A stretch of DNA of 63,892 nucleotides, filler included, from Kipferlia bialata (GCA_003568945.1; 6 parts of 6 records of this genome joined end to end with filler, not necessarily neighbours in it); one strand, 5' to 3'; shown: positions 1-13,741, counted from the whole stretch's first letter. Notes: generated from the sequence alone by a model not told the origin. Numbers and translations are program-made.

Positions 1-389
1 AGACCCAGAGGGGGTCCAGGCAGGTGGAGATTGTAGAGAGGTATAATGATAGCCAGTCACTAGTGCACCAGTGGAAGACACACAATAAGAGATAGAGTAT
101 ATAGCATATGGTAAATACAAACATATGGCGGAAGACTACTCAAATCCAAGCACACCGATATAGATCAGCATCACCCATACACACATACAATCCCACTAGT
201 ACATGCACTCAATAGCACTGAGATATAGTATGTATACATATACAGATGGCAACGCACAGCGCTGGAAGCGAGACACGGTATACAACTATATATATGTATC
301 CACGTACTGCTCTTTCCGGCATTGTCCAGTCCAACAATCAGAACCTGGCGGTCCTTCTTGCCGGTGCAGCAACTGCAGAGGGCTCCCAT
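1..389 (-). CDS. ARF/ARL-family small GTPase, 5' part (runs off window start)
   Basis: Exon 1 at 389-308 reads MGALCSCCTGKKDRQVLIVGLDNAGKS (myristoylation Gly2, ARF-type GLDNAGK P-loop), then a GTACGT donor; a downstream LYNLHLPG segment lies at about 1-40. Confidence 0.85.
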
Positions 390-695
390 CGTCCTATTCA
401 GAGGCCAGTGGTCGGTGTGGTAAGTGTGTCTATATGTATGTGGTGTCTATGGGTGAAGAGCCTGAGATGGGCTGTGAAGGCAATCGTGTTTTTGATGTAT
501 TGAACCCTTTCTCTGCCTACACCCTTTCTTCACAAACACGATGATAGTAGAGTAGGCCTAACACAGTGTGACAACATGCAAAGCATGTCCCTTCTCAAAG
601 CTCTACTATACAGAATCTATTGCATCCACCCACTCTCCCTCTCTCTATCCCCTCAAGTAGTCATACAGTGTATCTCTCTCTCTCTCTCTCTCTCT

Positions 696-1113
696 CTAGT
701 AGTCATTGACTATCCTGAGGATGGAGGGGGTCTCGTCCTTGGCCTCCTAAGGGGTCAGCGACTAATACTTAGATATATCACAAACCCACGGTAGGAAGAT
801 TTGAGAATAGAAAGAACTGGAAGAAGAGAGAGATACATATACATTTGAAAACAGTACATACCGCCACGTATCCGAACACTCTGTCTGGCACCTCTCTCTC
901 CACTCTCTCCACTCCCTCTCTCTCTCTCTCTATATGTATATATACGTTTGTACATACCGCCACGTATCCGAACACCCTGTCTGGGACCTCTCTCTCCACC
1001 CTCTCCCTCTCTCTCTCTCTCTCTCTCCATATGACTGTAGATGTATATACATATGCTAGAACATGTACATACCGCCACGTATCCGAACACCCTGTCTGGG
1101 ACCTCTCTCTCCA

Positions 1114-1150
<37 letters not shown>

Positions 1151-3759
1151 AGTATATATACATTTGTACATACCGCCACATATCCGAACACTCTGTCTGG
1201 GACCTCCCTCTCCACTCTCTCCCTCTCTCTCTCTCTCTCTATATATATATGACTGTAGATGAATACATATACTAGAACATGTACATACCGCCACNNNNNN
1301 NNNNNNNNNNNNNNNNNNNNNNNNNNNNNNNNNNNNNNNNNNNNNNNNNNNNNNNNNNNNNNNNNNNNNNNNNNNNNNNNNNNNCTCTCTCTCTCTATAT
1401 ATATATATGACTGTAGATGAATACATATACTAGAACATGCACTCACCGCCACATATCCGAACACCCTGTCTGGGACCTCTCTCTCCACTCTCTCCCTGAC
1501 CTTCCTCTCATGCCTCTCCTCGGCACCTGGGGGTGAGAAAAGGGGGTAGAGGGAGAGAGAAGAGAACCTATGCAGAGCGAAACTGATGCATCAAGTATTG
1601 GCATATATGTCTCTATATACCTATGCTTCCCTCAGCAAATGCAGCGACAGGCCTTCTGATGCAACTAGCAACACCATCTCCTGACAATAAGGGTGTAGAG
1701 AGAGAGAGAGAGAGACTTCTGATGCAGCTGGCAACACCATCTCTTGACAATAAGGGTGTAGAGAGAGAGAGAGAGAGTCTTCTGATGCAGCTGGCAACAC
1801 CATCTCCTGACAATAAGGGTGTAGGGAGAGAATAGATACTTCTGATATATAGCGCCCAACATCCTCCTGACATTATGAATGTGAGGAGAGAAAGATAGAG
1901 AGACATACCTCCCCCGGCCTTCTTGGTAGACTTGGCCATCTCCATGGGACGCCTCACAGCAATGTCCTGGGAATAAGGGTCTAGGGGGAGAGAGAGAGTA
2001 GATACTATATGTGATGCATGACAGCAATGTCCTGATACTTAAGGGTCTAGGGAGAGAGAGTAGATACTATATGTGTCTCACAGCAATGTCCTGACACTTA
2101 AGGGTGCAGAGGGGGAGAGAGAGAGAATGAATATAAGTTGGGCGCCCCACAGCAATGTCCTGGGTGGAAGTGTCCACATACAATGAGAGATAGTATGAAG
2201 ATTCAATATTGTGTATATAAAGTATACATAGTATACATATACCTTGTCCGTGAGTCTCTCTGGCCAGGCAGGTGGATATATACAGCACATACATTCTGTC
2301 CACTACAGTATACAGATAGAAATAGGTATACATACTGCTCCATACCTTGTCCGTGAGTCTCTGTGGCCAGGCAGGTGGGGCCTCGAGGTCCTTGTACTGC
2401 TGGGGGTAAGGAATGTGAATAATATCCTTTAGGATATATGCATCTATATGTATATACATATGTATGTACATATGTATCCACGCCCACGTGTCTGATGCCA
2501 CTGTCTGGTCTCTGGTCAGAGACTATACAGACTATATATATACAATATACCTATGTATGCCTTTACTATATGTGTATATATATAAATACACACTCACCCC
2601 CATGTTTGATGCCACTGTCTGGTCCCTGGTCAGGGGCTGGGACCCAAACACACGGGACTCCTTGTCCTAGGGATTAAGGGTGTAGGGGGGAGAGAGAGAG
2701 AGAGGCAAAGCGAGAGAGAGAGATGAACAGACGGGACTGCTAGCCATTCCTAAATTGTATCATTGATAGTGATTCTGGGACAACTGCATTAGAACATGCA
2801 GTAAATCTGATTCATACCTCTCCTCCCCAGTTGTAGCAACGGTCAACGGTCTGGCCTGGGGTAAAGGGGTGTAGGTAGAGAGAGAGAGAGAGAGAGAGAG
2901 AGTATATGTACCTGGCTCCAGCAGGTGCACGTTCTGTCTCCGGATGACAGACTTGCTGTCGGGCCTGGGGGTGAGGTGCACGACAAAAGAGGCATTTAGA
3001 CAGAGATATAGACTCACATACACACACACCACAAATGTGCTACCAGACTGCTGCCACTCTCTCTCTCCATATATACATATATATACTATCCATACCTGTT
3101 CTGCTTGGGTGCTGCCAGACTGCTGCCACTCTCTCTCCCTCTCTCTCTCTATATCTAAATACATATCGATCTCTCTCTCTCTATATATATATATTAATAT
3201 ACCTGTTCTGCTTGGGTGCTGCCAGACTGCTCCCACTCTGCACAATGGCACCACTGCTCTCACCGGTCCTACTGATTAGACATATATAGATATGCATAGA
3301 GAGAAAAAGGGAGGGGGGTTGACACTACTGACTGAGTAGTACTCAGAGGTACCTATCAACAGTCTCTCCGAATATGGCGTCCCTCTTGTGAGCTGGCATG
3401 ACCTCTCCGCCCTGGGGTGAGATGGAAAAGGGGGGTAGAGAGAGAGAGACAGAGAGAGAGAGAGGGAAAGAGAAAGAGTTGGGGACTGACATGACCTCCT
3501 CCGCCCAAAGAGACATAATCGCTGTATTACGGAAGACAAAGGGTGTAGATAGAGAGAGAGAGAGAGACACTCACCCTAACTCCGAGGGAGGATGTTCCAC
3601 CGCCAACGGGGGCAGGCCTGGGGGTTAGACTCAAATATGCACACACTAACAGAGAGAGAGAGAGAGAGAGAGAGTGAGAGTCATAATAATTATCGCTACA
3701 TTCACACCCTATCTATACCTGTAGTGTGTCTCCAGGGTGCTACCCATCAGCAGCTCTGC

Positions 3760-3792
<33 letters not shown>

Positions 3793-3848
3793 AATACTAC
3801 ACAATACCTGTAGTGTGTCTCCAATGTGCTATCCATCAGCAGCTCTGC

Positions 3849-3880
<32 letters not shown>

Positions 3881-6276
3881 GTATACATATATATATACCC
3901 TATATATACCTGTAGTGTGTCTCCAGTGTGCTGTCCATCAGNNNNNNNNNNNNNNTATATATACCTGTAGTGTGTCTCCAGTGTGCTGTCCATCAGCAGC
4001 TCTGCCTCTGTCCTCTCAACAGGACGGAGGAGCTCCTGCACACCTAGTGGTTAGTACATATACATGTATATGATTATGATACTAATAGGTATAAATGCAG
4101 GTATCAGTATGTAAGTTAGTACATATATGTGACTATACATCCATATGGACTATGCACAGAGAATAATACAACAACTAACAGACTGGGAAGAGGAGCTCCT
4201 GCACACCTGGGGGTTAGTTATGATATATATGTATATATAGGTGAAAAGAAATATACTCATATATATAGCACTGTCTACATATATATAGTGCTGGCCAGAG
4301 CTCCTGCACACCTGGGGTAAACACTTTAATAGACACATATAATACAACAGAGTATGATGCATACACTAGCTCCTGCACACCTGGGGATAGTACATATATG
4401 TGACTATACATCCATATGGACTAAGCACATAGAATAATACAACAACTAATAGACTGGGCGGAAGAGCTCCTGCGCCTGGGGTTAGTACCTATATGTGACT
4501 ATATTACTACAGCACTATACCCATATATGTGCTTAACTACAAATACAAGCAGAGATGCAGGAGGAACTCCTGCACACCAAATGGTTAATACGAATACATG
4601 AAAATATATAGAGACAATAAATCAATATATATATATACACATATTCTCTCTGTAACTATGTCTGGTCTCCAAAGGTGATTTGTATTGATACATCCATAGA
4701 CTCTCGTATATACACAAACATAGTCATCTGTACCTATGTCTGGGACGATCTGGTCTTCATGTAAATACTCACACATACACACACACACACATATATATAT
4801 ATATACACATGGTCTCTTCTGTACCTATGTCTGGGACTGTCTGGTCCCCAAAGGTGACATATACACACACACACATATATATACATATATGAATATATAT
4901 ACTCTCGTATACATATACCCTCTGTACCTATGTCTGGGACGGTCTGGTCTCCAAAGGTGAGGTCTATAATTATGCTTGTGTGTGCATACATATATATATA
5001 TATAATATCTTCTGTACCTATGTCTGGGACTGTCTGGTCCCCAAAGGTGAGATCGGGGATCTTGTACCTATACCGATCAGCCCTGTTCTAGAGGGTGAGT
5101 GGTATATATGTATATATATACATATAAGAATATATACATATTAGTATATAGGTATGAGTGTGAGAGCCACGTAGTGAGTGGACCTGTCAGCCCTGTTCTA
5201 CAGGGTGAGTGGCATAAATATGGCAAGAGTGTTTGAATACTTAGAAAGAGAGATACGTATATATAGTAAGAGAGCGAGCGGCCCACATTCATATCAGCCC
5301 TGTTCTACAGGATGAGAGCAAGAAAGGATGAAGGTGAAAGGGTGAGAGAGCTAGAAAGGATGAAGGTGAAAGGGTGAGAGAGCTAGAAAGGATGAAGGTG
5401 AGAGTGGTGAGAGAGCAAGAAAGGATGAAGGTAAGAGTGGTGAGAGAGAGGGGGGGGGGATGGTTCGAGTGCATGGAAGGAGAGTGGGAGGGCGCCTATT
5501 AAGCACAGTATAACAGATGTGCATTTGTAGTGCGTGGTAGCATAATAGTAGAACAGGGTGAGGGGTCTATGGAGTGCGTAGAGAGTATAGAAGTACATAT
5601 ATATACATATATACACACCCCACACACCCTGATGTCTGCTGTGTTCCTGTTGTTCTCTCTCTCTCTCTCTCTCCATATATACACTTCACTATATACTATA
5701 CACACCCTGATGTCTGCTGTGTTCCTGTTGTCCCTGGTTGGGTCCTCTCTCTCTCTCTCTCTCTCTGTCTCAATATGTATATATACAAATAGCAGGGTGG
5801 TATATTTCGTACCCTGATGTCTGCTGTGTTCCTGTTGTCCCTGGTAGGGTCCTCTCCTAGCTGGATGTGGGACACATGCCTGTGATAAGTCATATATAGA
5901 GGCATAGAGACTGGGAGAGGTCAGTCTCAATGTGAATATAGTATAGCTGGATGTGGGACACATGCCTGGGGGTGAGACACTTAACTAATAGGGATAGAGG
6001 CATAGAGAGAGAGTGTGTGAGAGAGAGGGGTAGTCTCTTGGACATGATGTGGGACACATGCCTGGGGGTGAGACATTCAAAGAGAGGGAGAATGGAGGGA
6101 GAGGTCAATGTATAGTAGTGGTGGCCATCGCCACTTCACCGTCGTTTTCCAGAGTTTACACCCAGAGAGACAGACAGACTAAGCAGGGTAGATGCTGATG
6201 CATATTGCAATACCTGGTGTTGTAGATGCCGGACATACTGGGTATGTCTTGGAGAGAGGGAGGAGCTTGATGGCAT
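696..6276 (-). CDS. Multi-exon hypothetical protein
   Basis: Chain of short GT-AG exons, e.g. HVSHIQLGEDPTRDNRNTADIR, NRADRYRYKIPDLTFGDQTVPDIG, DKESRVFGSQPLTRDQTVASNMG, QYKDLEAPPAWPQRLTDK, AEERHERKVRERVEREVPDRVFGYVA and last exon EAKDETPSILRIVNDY-TAG (696-698); start ATG at 6276 is tentative. Confidence 0.65.
1295..1384. other. Assembly gap inside an intronic repeat array
   Basis: Run of 90 N; a second gap of 14 N lies at 3942-3955, also inside a half-exon array. Confidence 0.95.
5315..5450. repeat. Intronic minisatellite, unit about 32-33 bp, 4 copies
   Basis: Repeating GAGC(A/T)AGAAAGGATGAAGGTGA(A/G)AG(T)GGTGAGA. Confidence 0.85.
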
Positions 6277-6627
6277 TTCAACTGCACGAATCTTCAGTTG
6301 ACAAAGGGTGCAGGTGTTTTTGCCAAACAAGGGTGTATGATGAGTCAGTTTTTGCTTGACTCGGTACTGCTTTGTCTATGTCGGTACTGCCCTTAGATAT
6401 CCCGACACACGCATCAGAGATGGCATACACTGAGGCACAGGTACATAGTGAGTGTATAGGTGGTTGGAGTGGGTTTTGGCTGGTATATATTGGATATTTG
6501 GGTGAGTAATGTTTCGGTACCGATGGTCGGTACCGTTTTGATTTGAGTACAATGCAGGGCGTATTGCCACACTTTGACTTTGACAAACACTTGTGATGGA
6601 CTATCTAAGGGCAACTACAACCCAGAA

Positions 6628-6658
<31 letters not shown>

Positions 6659-6724
6659 ACCCTCCCCCACCTTCACTATCCCTACCCTCATACTGATACC
6701 AGACTCATATCCCTGTTGGTCCAG

Positions 6725-9700
6725 GGCAACAGAACCACATCACCTGGGTTTGCATACGAGTTCCTGTCATCAATCAAGGTACACCCACGTATCTTCCCTC
6801 TCTGTCTTTGGTATTCTAAGGAGGTCCATTGCTCTCTCTTTCTCTAGATATAAACCCTATACAAATTACATTCCTCTCACACTAGGACGCTCTATCCGAT
6901 GCCCTGTATCTCTTCATATGTATTCATATTACTTCTCACCTCAGGACGCTCTGTCCAATGCCGATGCCCTGTAGATAACAATTACTCTCTTTTGAGTCTC
7001 TGTGCCTCTCTCCACAGTTATGATGACGCATCTCTTCTCACCCCAGGACGCCCTGTCCAATGCCGATGCCCTGTATCTGGCCAGGGACACAGGCACAGAG
7101 GGGGAGGGAGAGACAGCAGGGGAGGCAGAGACTGAGGGAGAGGGCAAGAGAGAGAGAGAGGAGACGGAGGAGGAGAAGGCCATGGCCCATGTGAGGAAGG
7201 TATCACAGAGTGGTATATATATATGTGTGTGTGCGTGTGGGTGTCTATATTGCTACTACTACTTGTCATATATCTCTCTACCATCCCTCTCACCCCCTAG
7301 GTTGCCTCTCTGATGAGTGCTGTCGAGAGGCGTAACAGATGTCTGGCCTATCTGCAGCTGGGTGTCATAGCAGCCAATGCATACGATGGGAGGTATGGTT
7401 ATGCAATTGATGCACACCAGTGAATTTATATAGAGTAATTGATACACCCCAGTCGATATATGACCTTAATACAATGCATTCGATGGGAGGTATGAGTATT
7501 GTGATACACATATCCCTTGCTAGAGATCACATATATAGTTGTACAGTCAGTTACCATTGCCAATGCATATGATGGAGTGTGTGTATTTAGTGGTAAGCAG
7601 CGGATACGTATCCTTTGCTGAGATCACATATATAGTCGTATTGCATGTTACAATTAAAGGGCATATCCTCAGACCTAGACACACCTTTGCCGCTGAGCTT
7701 CTGCCATAAACAAATGTCACTATATTGACATCGATGCTATGATATTCTGTTTACAATTACTATTTGAGTCAATAATATTGATGTAACACATCTCACCCCA
7801 GACACCCCTTTGCGGCTGAGCTCCTGTCCCTGTCCACACACTATGTCCACATGGGGGCACTGTTCAGAGTGGACATGGGAGGTATATATAAGTGTATAAG
7901 TGTATTATTGGATATTCTATATAGTAGAGAGATAGAGAGGGGTGTATGTATACTGGTACTATATCACTATGTCCACATGGGGGCACTGTTCAGAGTGGAC
8001 ATGGGAGGTAGGGAAATGTCTATATATATGTATATACACTTGTATTGTATACAAAATATAGGACAGGGAGTGAGGGGTGTGTGTATATACTATAATACAT
8101 ATATAAATGGGGGCACTGTTCAGAGTGGATATGGGAGGTAGGGATATACATACATGTACTGTATTCCTGTGTATACGGGCACTGTTCAGAGTGGACATAG
8201 TACATATTGGTAGTATATGTATCCAGTATGTGTGTTGCTTCATATATATATGACACCCACACTCAGGCGCTGCCTCACTTACACCTGTGTACCCTAGTTG
8301 ATGTGTGTATACTAACCCCCAGGCTCTGCTTCCAAGTCTGCCCCCAAGGGCAAGGGAAAGGCAGCAGCCCCAGTGGCCACGGGGGGGACAGCCCAGGTAT
8401 GTTTTGCGCATATGTGTGTTTATACTACAAATATTTATATCGCTATTATCACTTATAGTAACTCAACATTATTAATTACACGTAGATATATTAATAATAT
8501 TTATCGACAGCTTATATAGAATAGTTTCAGTGGCTACAGGGGTGACAGCTCATGTTGAGTGCTATATATACGTGTCACCTAAAGGTGGTTGGATACCATC
8601 TTGGGTATTTTCAATTCAATCCCCCCTCCCCCCTCATGTTGACACGGCCCTTGTGTCTAGGATCTGTATATATATACATACATATATATATATATATACT
8701 CTATATCTGTATATTGTATATATATGCATCTCACCCCGTCAAGTTGACACGTTCCTGGTGTCTGTATATATGTATCTGTGTATATGTATATATACATATG
8801 TATATACACACTATATGTGTATCGTATATATATTGTATATATGCCTCACCCTATCAGGTTGACACGTCCCTTGTTTATAATAGTATATGTGTCAGTGTAT
8901 AAACACAATATGTGTATATACATATACTATATACATATTCTCACCCTATCAGGTTGACACGTCTCTAGTCCCCAGACAGATGGCTGCCCTGCTACTGGTG
9001 GGCGAGGGTTACATTGCAAAGTTCAATAGGTGGGCACTCATATATATGGTATATATGAGTACATATATCGTAAAGGTACGGTATTCAGTCATATTTCCTG
9101 ACCCCATCCTATGCTCGGCTTGTCTATATACATGATAGTTACCTATATATGGGAGATACAAATTCACGTGGTGTGGATACAACATGCCTCCATGTATACT
9201 ATAATTCACCCCAGCCTGTGCTCTGGCCTTGTCTCTACAGGTGTGCCCAGGAACAGTGCCACATACACAATGGGGCAGCAGACTAGTAGGTATAGTATAG
9301 TGGACATATATGTATATATATATATATGATGGTGTATATAGTGCCACATACACAATGGGGCAGCAGACTAGTAGGTATAGTATAGTGTATATATATGTAT
9401 ATATATATGATGGTGTATGTAGTGCCACATACACAATGGGACAGCAGACTAGTAGGTATTGAGTGTATGTATATATTCCTACCTATACAGTTATGTATAG
9501 TATCCACCCCCCGAGGGAGTTGGTCTCTGCCCTGACCTATGTATATGTAGAGTTAATTGCAATATCAGGACGATATATACATGTTTCCCAGTACAGTCTT
9601 GTGTGGTGTTGTGTGGTATCATCCTCACCCCCAGGGAGATGGTGTCTTCCCTGCATCAATATATTGATATTGATAAGGACAGTATAGGATATCTCTCTCT

Positions 9701-12253
9701 TGTTTCTCTGTGTATCATCCTCACCCCTAGGGAGATGGTGTCTGCCCTTACCACTGCCTGTACACTGCTCAACAAGTGCATGGACACAATGGAGGTACAT
9801 ACATATATATGAGTATACATGTGTATAGACTATATATATTCTAGAAGGTGTACCCTACTCAACAAGTGCATGGACACAATGGAGGTATGGGTATGAGTGT
9901 GAATACGCATTTATAGATGTGATAGTATGTACATTTGTGCAAATTCATTGTCATTTGGACATAACCATCTATATAGTACAATCCTCCCCCCCCTTCAACT
10001 ACCTCACCCTCAGACCTACCGCTCCATGCTCACCTCCACCCAGCTAGACCCTGTCTACACCCTTAATGCACTCAGACTGGCGGTGTCTGGGGCAAAGATT
10101 CTCATTACTGCACTCGACAGCCTCAGGTCAGGATGAATGTATGATTAGGATATATATATATGTATATATACATATGATGTCTACTGTGTATAGTGTTTGT
10201 ATCTCTCACTGTTAGGTGTGGCCCTGGCGAGATATCAGCATGCGTCCCTGCCTCTCTGGCAGCATGTGTGCACAGGTGTGTGGGTATAAGTACTATATTG
10301 TACATATATTCATTAATAGTATGTATATATCCCCTGCCTCTCTGGCAGCGTGTGTGCACAGGTATGTGTGTATCAATACTATTCCGATAGTTGTTTACTA
10401 TCTAATGTATTATTATATTATATGTCTGTTCGGGACAATGATCTGTATGCTATATTATGTTTGCATTCTCACCCCAGGTTCCTCCCCTTCCTGATAGGCC
10501 CTGAGTCCTATAGCGCCATGCACCTCAAGGGGGAGACAGCCGGTGTGTGAATATGTTCATTGTCCTACTTTGCCATACGCAGCATAGTCTATCCGTGTAC
10601 AGGCCCCCTCATATCATCCTACTAGATACGCCCGCATGTATACACGAACATCCCTTACCTCTAGGTGGCAAGCGTGCCCGTGCCGGTATAGAGATCAAGG
10701 GCCTGTGTGCTGCTGTGGCACTGCTAGAAGTGCAGGTATGGATGTGTGTGTGTATTTGTGGATATTCCTTACTCTGTGTATTACTGAGTTCCAAGTATTC
10801 CAAGTGTGTATACCTTATGCATTGGTGTATGTGTATGAGTTGGTATGTATCTGCCCCCCTCACTGTTAGGCCCTCGCCACTGAGGAGAGTATCACCTGCA
10901 ACCCCCTAGTCTTCAAGACAAAGAGAGAGAGGGAGGGAGAGAGAGAGAAGGAGAGAGAGGCAGAGGGGACAGGAGAGACAGCACCTGAGACAGATGCGGC
11001 AGAGGCAGAGGCAGAGGCTGTACCTGAGCCAACCCCCGGGCAGATAGCAAGAGAGGAGGCAGAGGCAGAGAGGGAGAGAGAGAGGGAGAGAGAGATCGAC
11101 AGGGAGAGAGAGTCCCTGCGCCACGTATCTGTCTCTGTCAAGGGGGGTAGCAGGGTGCTGGACACGGGCACAGAGTCAAGGTATCACTATTACTGTATAT
11201 TGAGATTGTTATATGTATGTGTGTGGTTGTATATATGTGTACATATCGTAGTAGGTGCTGGACACGAACACAGAGTCAAGGTATCACTATTACTATGTAT
11301 TTAGATTGTTATGTGTATCTGTATGAGTGTGGTGCTGGACACGGGCACAGAGTCGAGGTAATGCCACATGTGTATATAGTACATATTACATGACTGATTG
11401 AGTGTATCTGTGTGTATGTCATTTGTGAAAGGTCCACTGGATTCGAGTCTTGGTGGGTGTCATACCATGTCGTTAGTGTTATGGTAATGGTATGGAGCTG
11501 ATTCCAACACTAACCATGAGGCGTCGCCGTTGCACCTACAGATATGCTCTGTCTGACAGGGAGAGAGAGAGAGAGGCAGAGAGGGGTGTTGATACAGGAG
11601 CTGATGGTGATGACACAGACACTAAGGGTGCCGAGGACAGTGCTGCTCTGGAGGCCTTGAAGGTACAGTATTGGATCAATATACCATATATTCATGCCTA
11701 CTTCCCATAATGAACACCCTATCACTTCCCGCTATCCCTTAATTCTTGAGTCCTAATGAGTGCTCTCTTACCCTTGTTCTGACCTGCACCGGTGCAGTAT
11801 ATATGATAGCTCTCTCTCTCTCTATATATATATGGGTGTAGACACCTGTCTCTCACCCTTCAGTCCTCCCTAACCCTTGTGCTGACCTGCACCGATGCAG
11901 TGTGCACGGAGTACAGGGTCAGACTGATTGACATATCACCAGAGGCTGACACTAAGGGTATGGTGTTATATGTATATATGCATATGCAGCTATGGGCATG
12001 GTATGGGTGGGTGGGAGGGTGATAGCCGATGGCACCGTTGATGGCGTACCTTTGATATCACCTGTGATATGGTGATAGATGTACATCATGTGATATGTTC
12101 ATATATAATTGTGACCCCTCTCACTTCCAGGCATCACCCTGTACCCCAGGATGGCATCAGCCGTTGCATCCATTGTGAGGATAGGCTTCTATCTTCAGTC
12201 ACTCGCTGGCAACACGGTGGCCAGTCTGCCTGACCTGACACCCTCCCATGCAG
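6725..12253 (+). CDS. Large multi-exon hypothetical protein, partial at both ends
   Basis: In-phase GT-AG exons, e.g. DALSNADALYLARD..., VASLMSAVERRNRCLAYLQLGVIAANAYDG, HPFAAELLSLSTHYVHMGALFRVDMG, TYRSMLTSTQLDPVYTLNALRLAVSGAKILITALDSL, ITLYPRMASAVASIVRIGFYLQSLAG; no start found after the poly-C at about 6630-6660. Confidence 0.65.
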
Positions 12254-12304
12254 GTATGTTGATGCATGAACAATATCTTTCTCTCTCGTCTGGCCATGCT
12301 CCCC

Positions 12305-12353
<49 letters not shown>

Positions 12354-12453
12354 NNNNNNNNNNNNNNNNNNNNNNNNNNNNNNNNNNNNNNNNNNNNTTA
12401 ATTAATTAANNNNNNNNNNNNNNNNNNNNNNNNNNNNNNNNNNNNNNNNNNNN
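12354..12453. other. Artificial scaffold linker
   Basis: 100 bp of N + TTAATTAATTAA (stops in all six frames) + N. Confidence 0.98.
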
Positions 12454-12625
12454 AGTATATATATAGATATAGCTCTCGCTCTATCTCTCTTTTTCTCCCC
12501 CCCCCCCCCCCCCCCCCCCCCTCGTCATATTTCTCCGACTCTTGCTAACTCTCTCCCCCTCTCCCTTCCCACTTACCGTGTCTCTATGCTCACCCTCAGA
12601 CTCCCCCCTAGGCAGAGGGTACTGG

Positions 12626-12667
<42 letters not shown>

Positions 12668-12682
12668 ATTGCTCACCCTCAG

Positions 12683-13706
12683 ACTCCCCCCTAGGCAGAG
12701 GGTGCTGGCTGAACGGTGGATACTGCGGCTGAGGTACTATTCTATATACAGGCCTTATAGTTCACTCTCTCTGCTGACTTCACCGTGTGACCATGACCCA
12801 TTCTCTCTCTCTCCCTCTCTCTCTCTCCCCCTATATATCTACCTACATATTTGTGTGTGTTTCTAATAACCCCAGGGGCTATGACTTCACTGTGTCCACA
12901 TCCTCTCCTTCTCTCTCTTTCTGTCTTTATAGATATATACCATATAACCCTAGGGGCTATGACTTCACTGTGTCCCCTGTCACCAAGACCCATTCTCTCT
13001 CTCTCTCTCTGTCTCTCTCTCTCTCTCTCTATCTTTCTATAACCCCAGGGGCTATGACTTCACTGTGTCCCCTGTCACCAAAACCCATGATCTCTCTCTC
13101 TCTCTCTCCCTCTCTCTCTCTCTTTCTATCTGCCTGTATATATATAGATATATCTATCTAATAACCCCAGGGGCTATGACTTCACTGTGTCCCCAGTCAC
13201 CAAGAGACGCAGGAACAACTATGCACGGCTCCTGTTGTATCAGGCATACACTGTATTCCCCCCTCCCCCTTAGTGCATTCCTGAGTCTCTTTCCCACTGT
13301 CTAGATGCCCTCTCTGCTCTCTCTCTCTCTCTCTCTCTTACCCTAGATTGAGACCGACTCTAGACTGTCCTACCCCTTCACTGATGAGCCCATGGACAGT
13401 GTTCACATATATGTGTATATACATATACAAGTGTGAATACATATCTAATCACAGATTGAGACAGATTCAAGGCTCTCCTACCCCTTTACTGATGAGCCCA
13501 TGGACAGTGTGGACCTACCTCCCCTGTCACCAACCACACTCATGTCGGTGGCTGCACTGTCCAGTCCTCTGCGGTAAGTCATATTGTTATATTAACGTTT
13601 CTCTATCCACTTTGTTGTACACACCTTACCACAGTCTCCCTGTCCCCATCTTCTGTCCACTGTTCACATGTTTGTATATGTATATATCAGTCACTATTAT
13701 ATGTTT

Positions 13707-13741
<35 letters not shown>

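Noticed and set aside
4027..4580. CRISPR-like repeat-spacer appearance of GAGCTCCTGCACACCTGGGG
   Set aside because: The repeats are splice-acceptor/exon copies, spacers are irregular low-complexity intron, the context is eukaryotic and no cas genes are present
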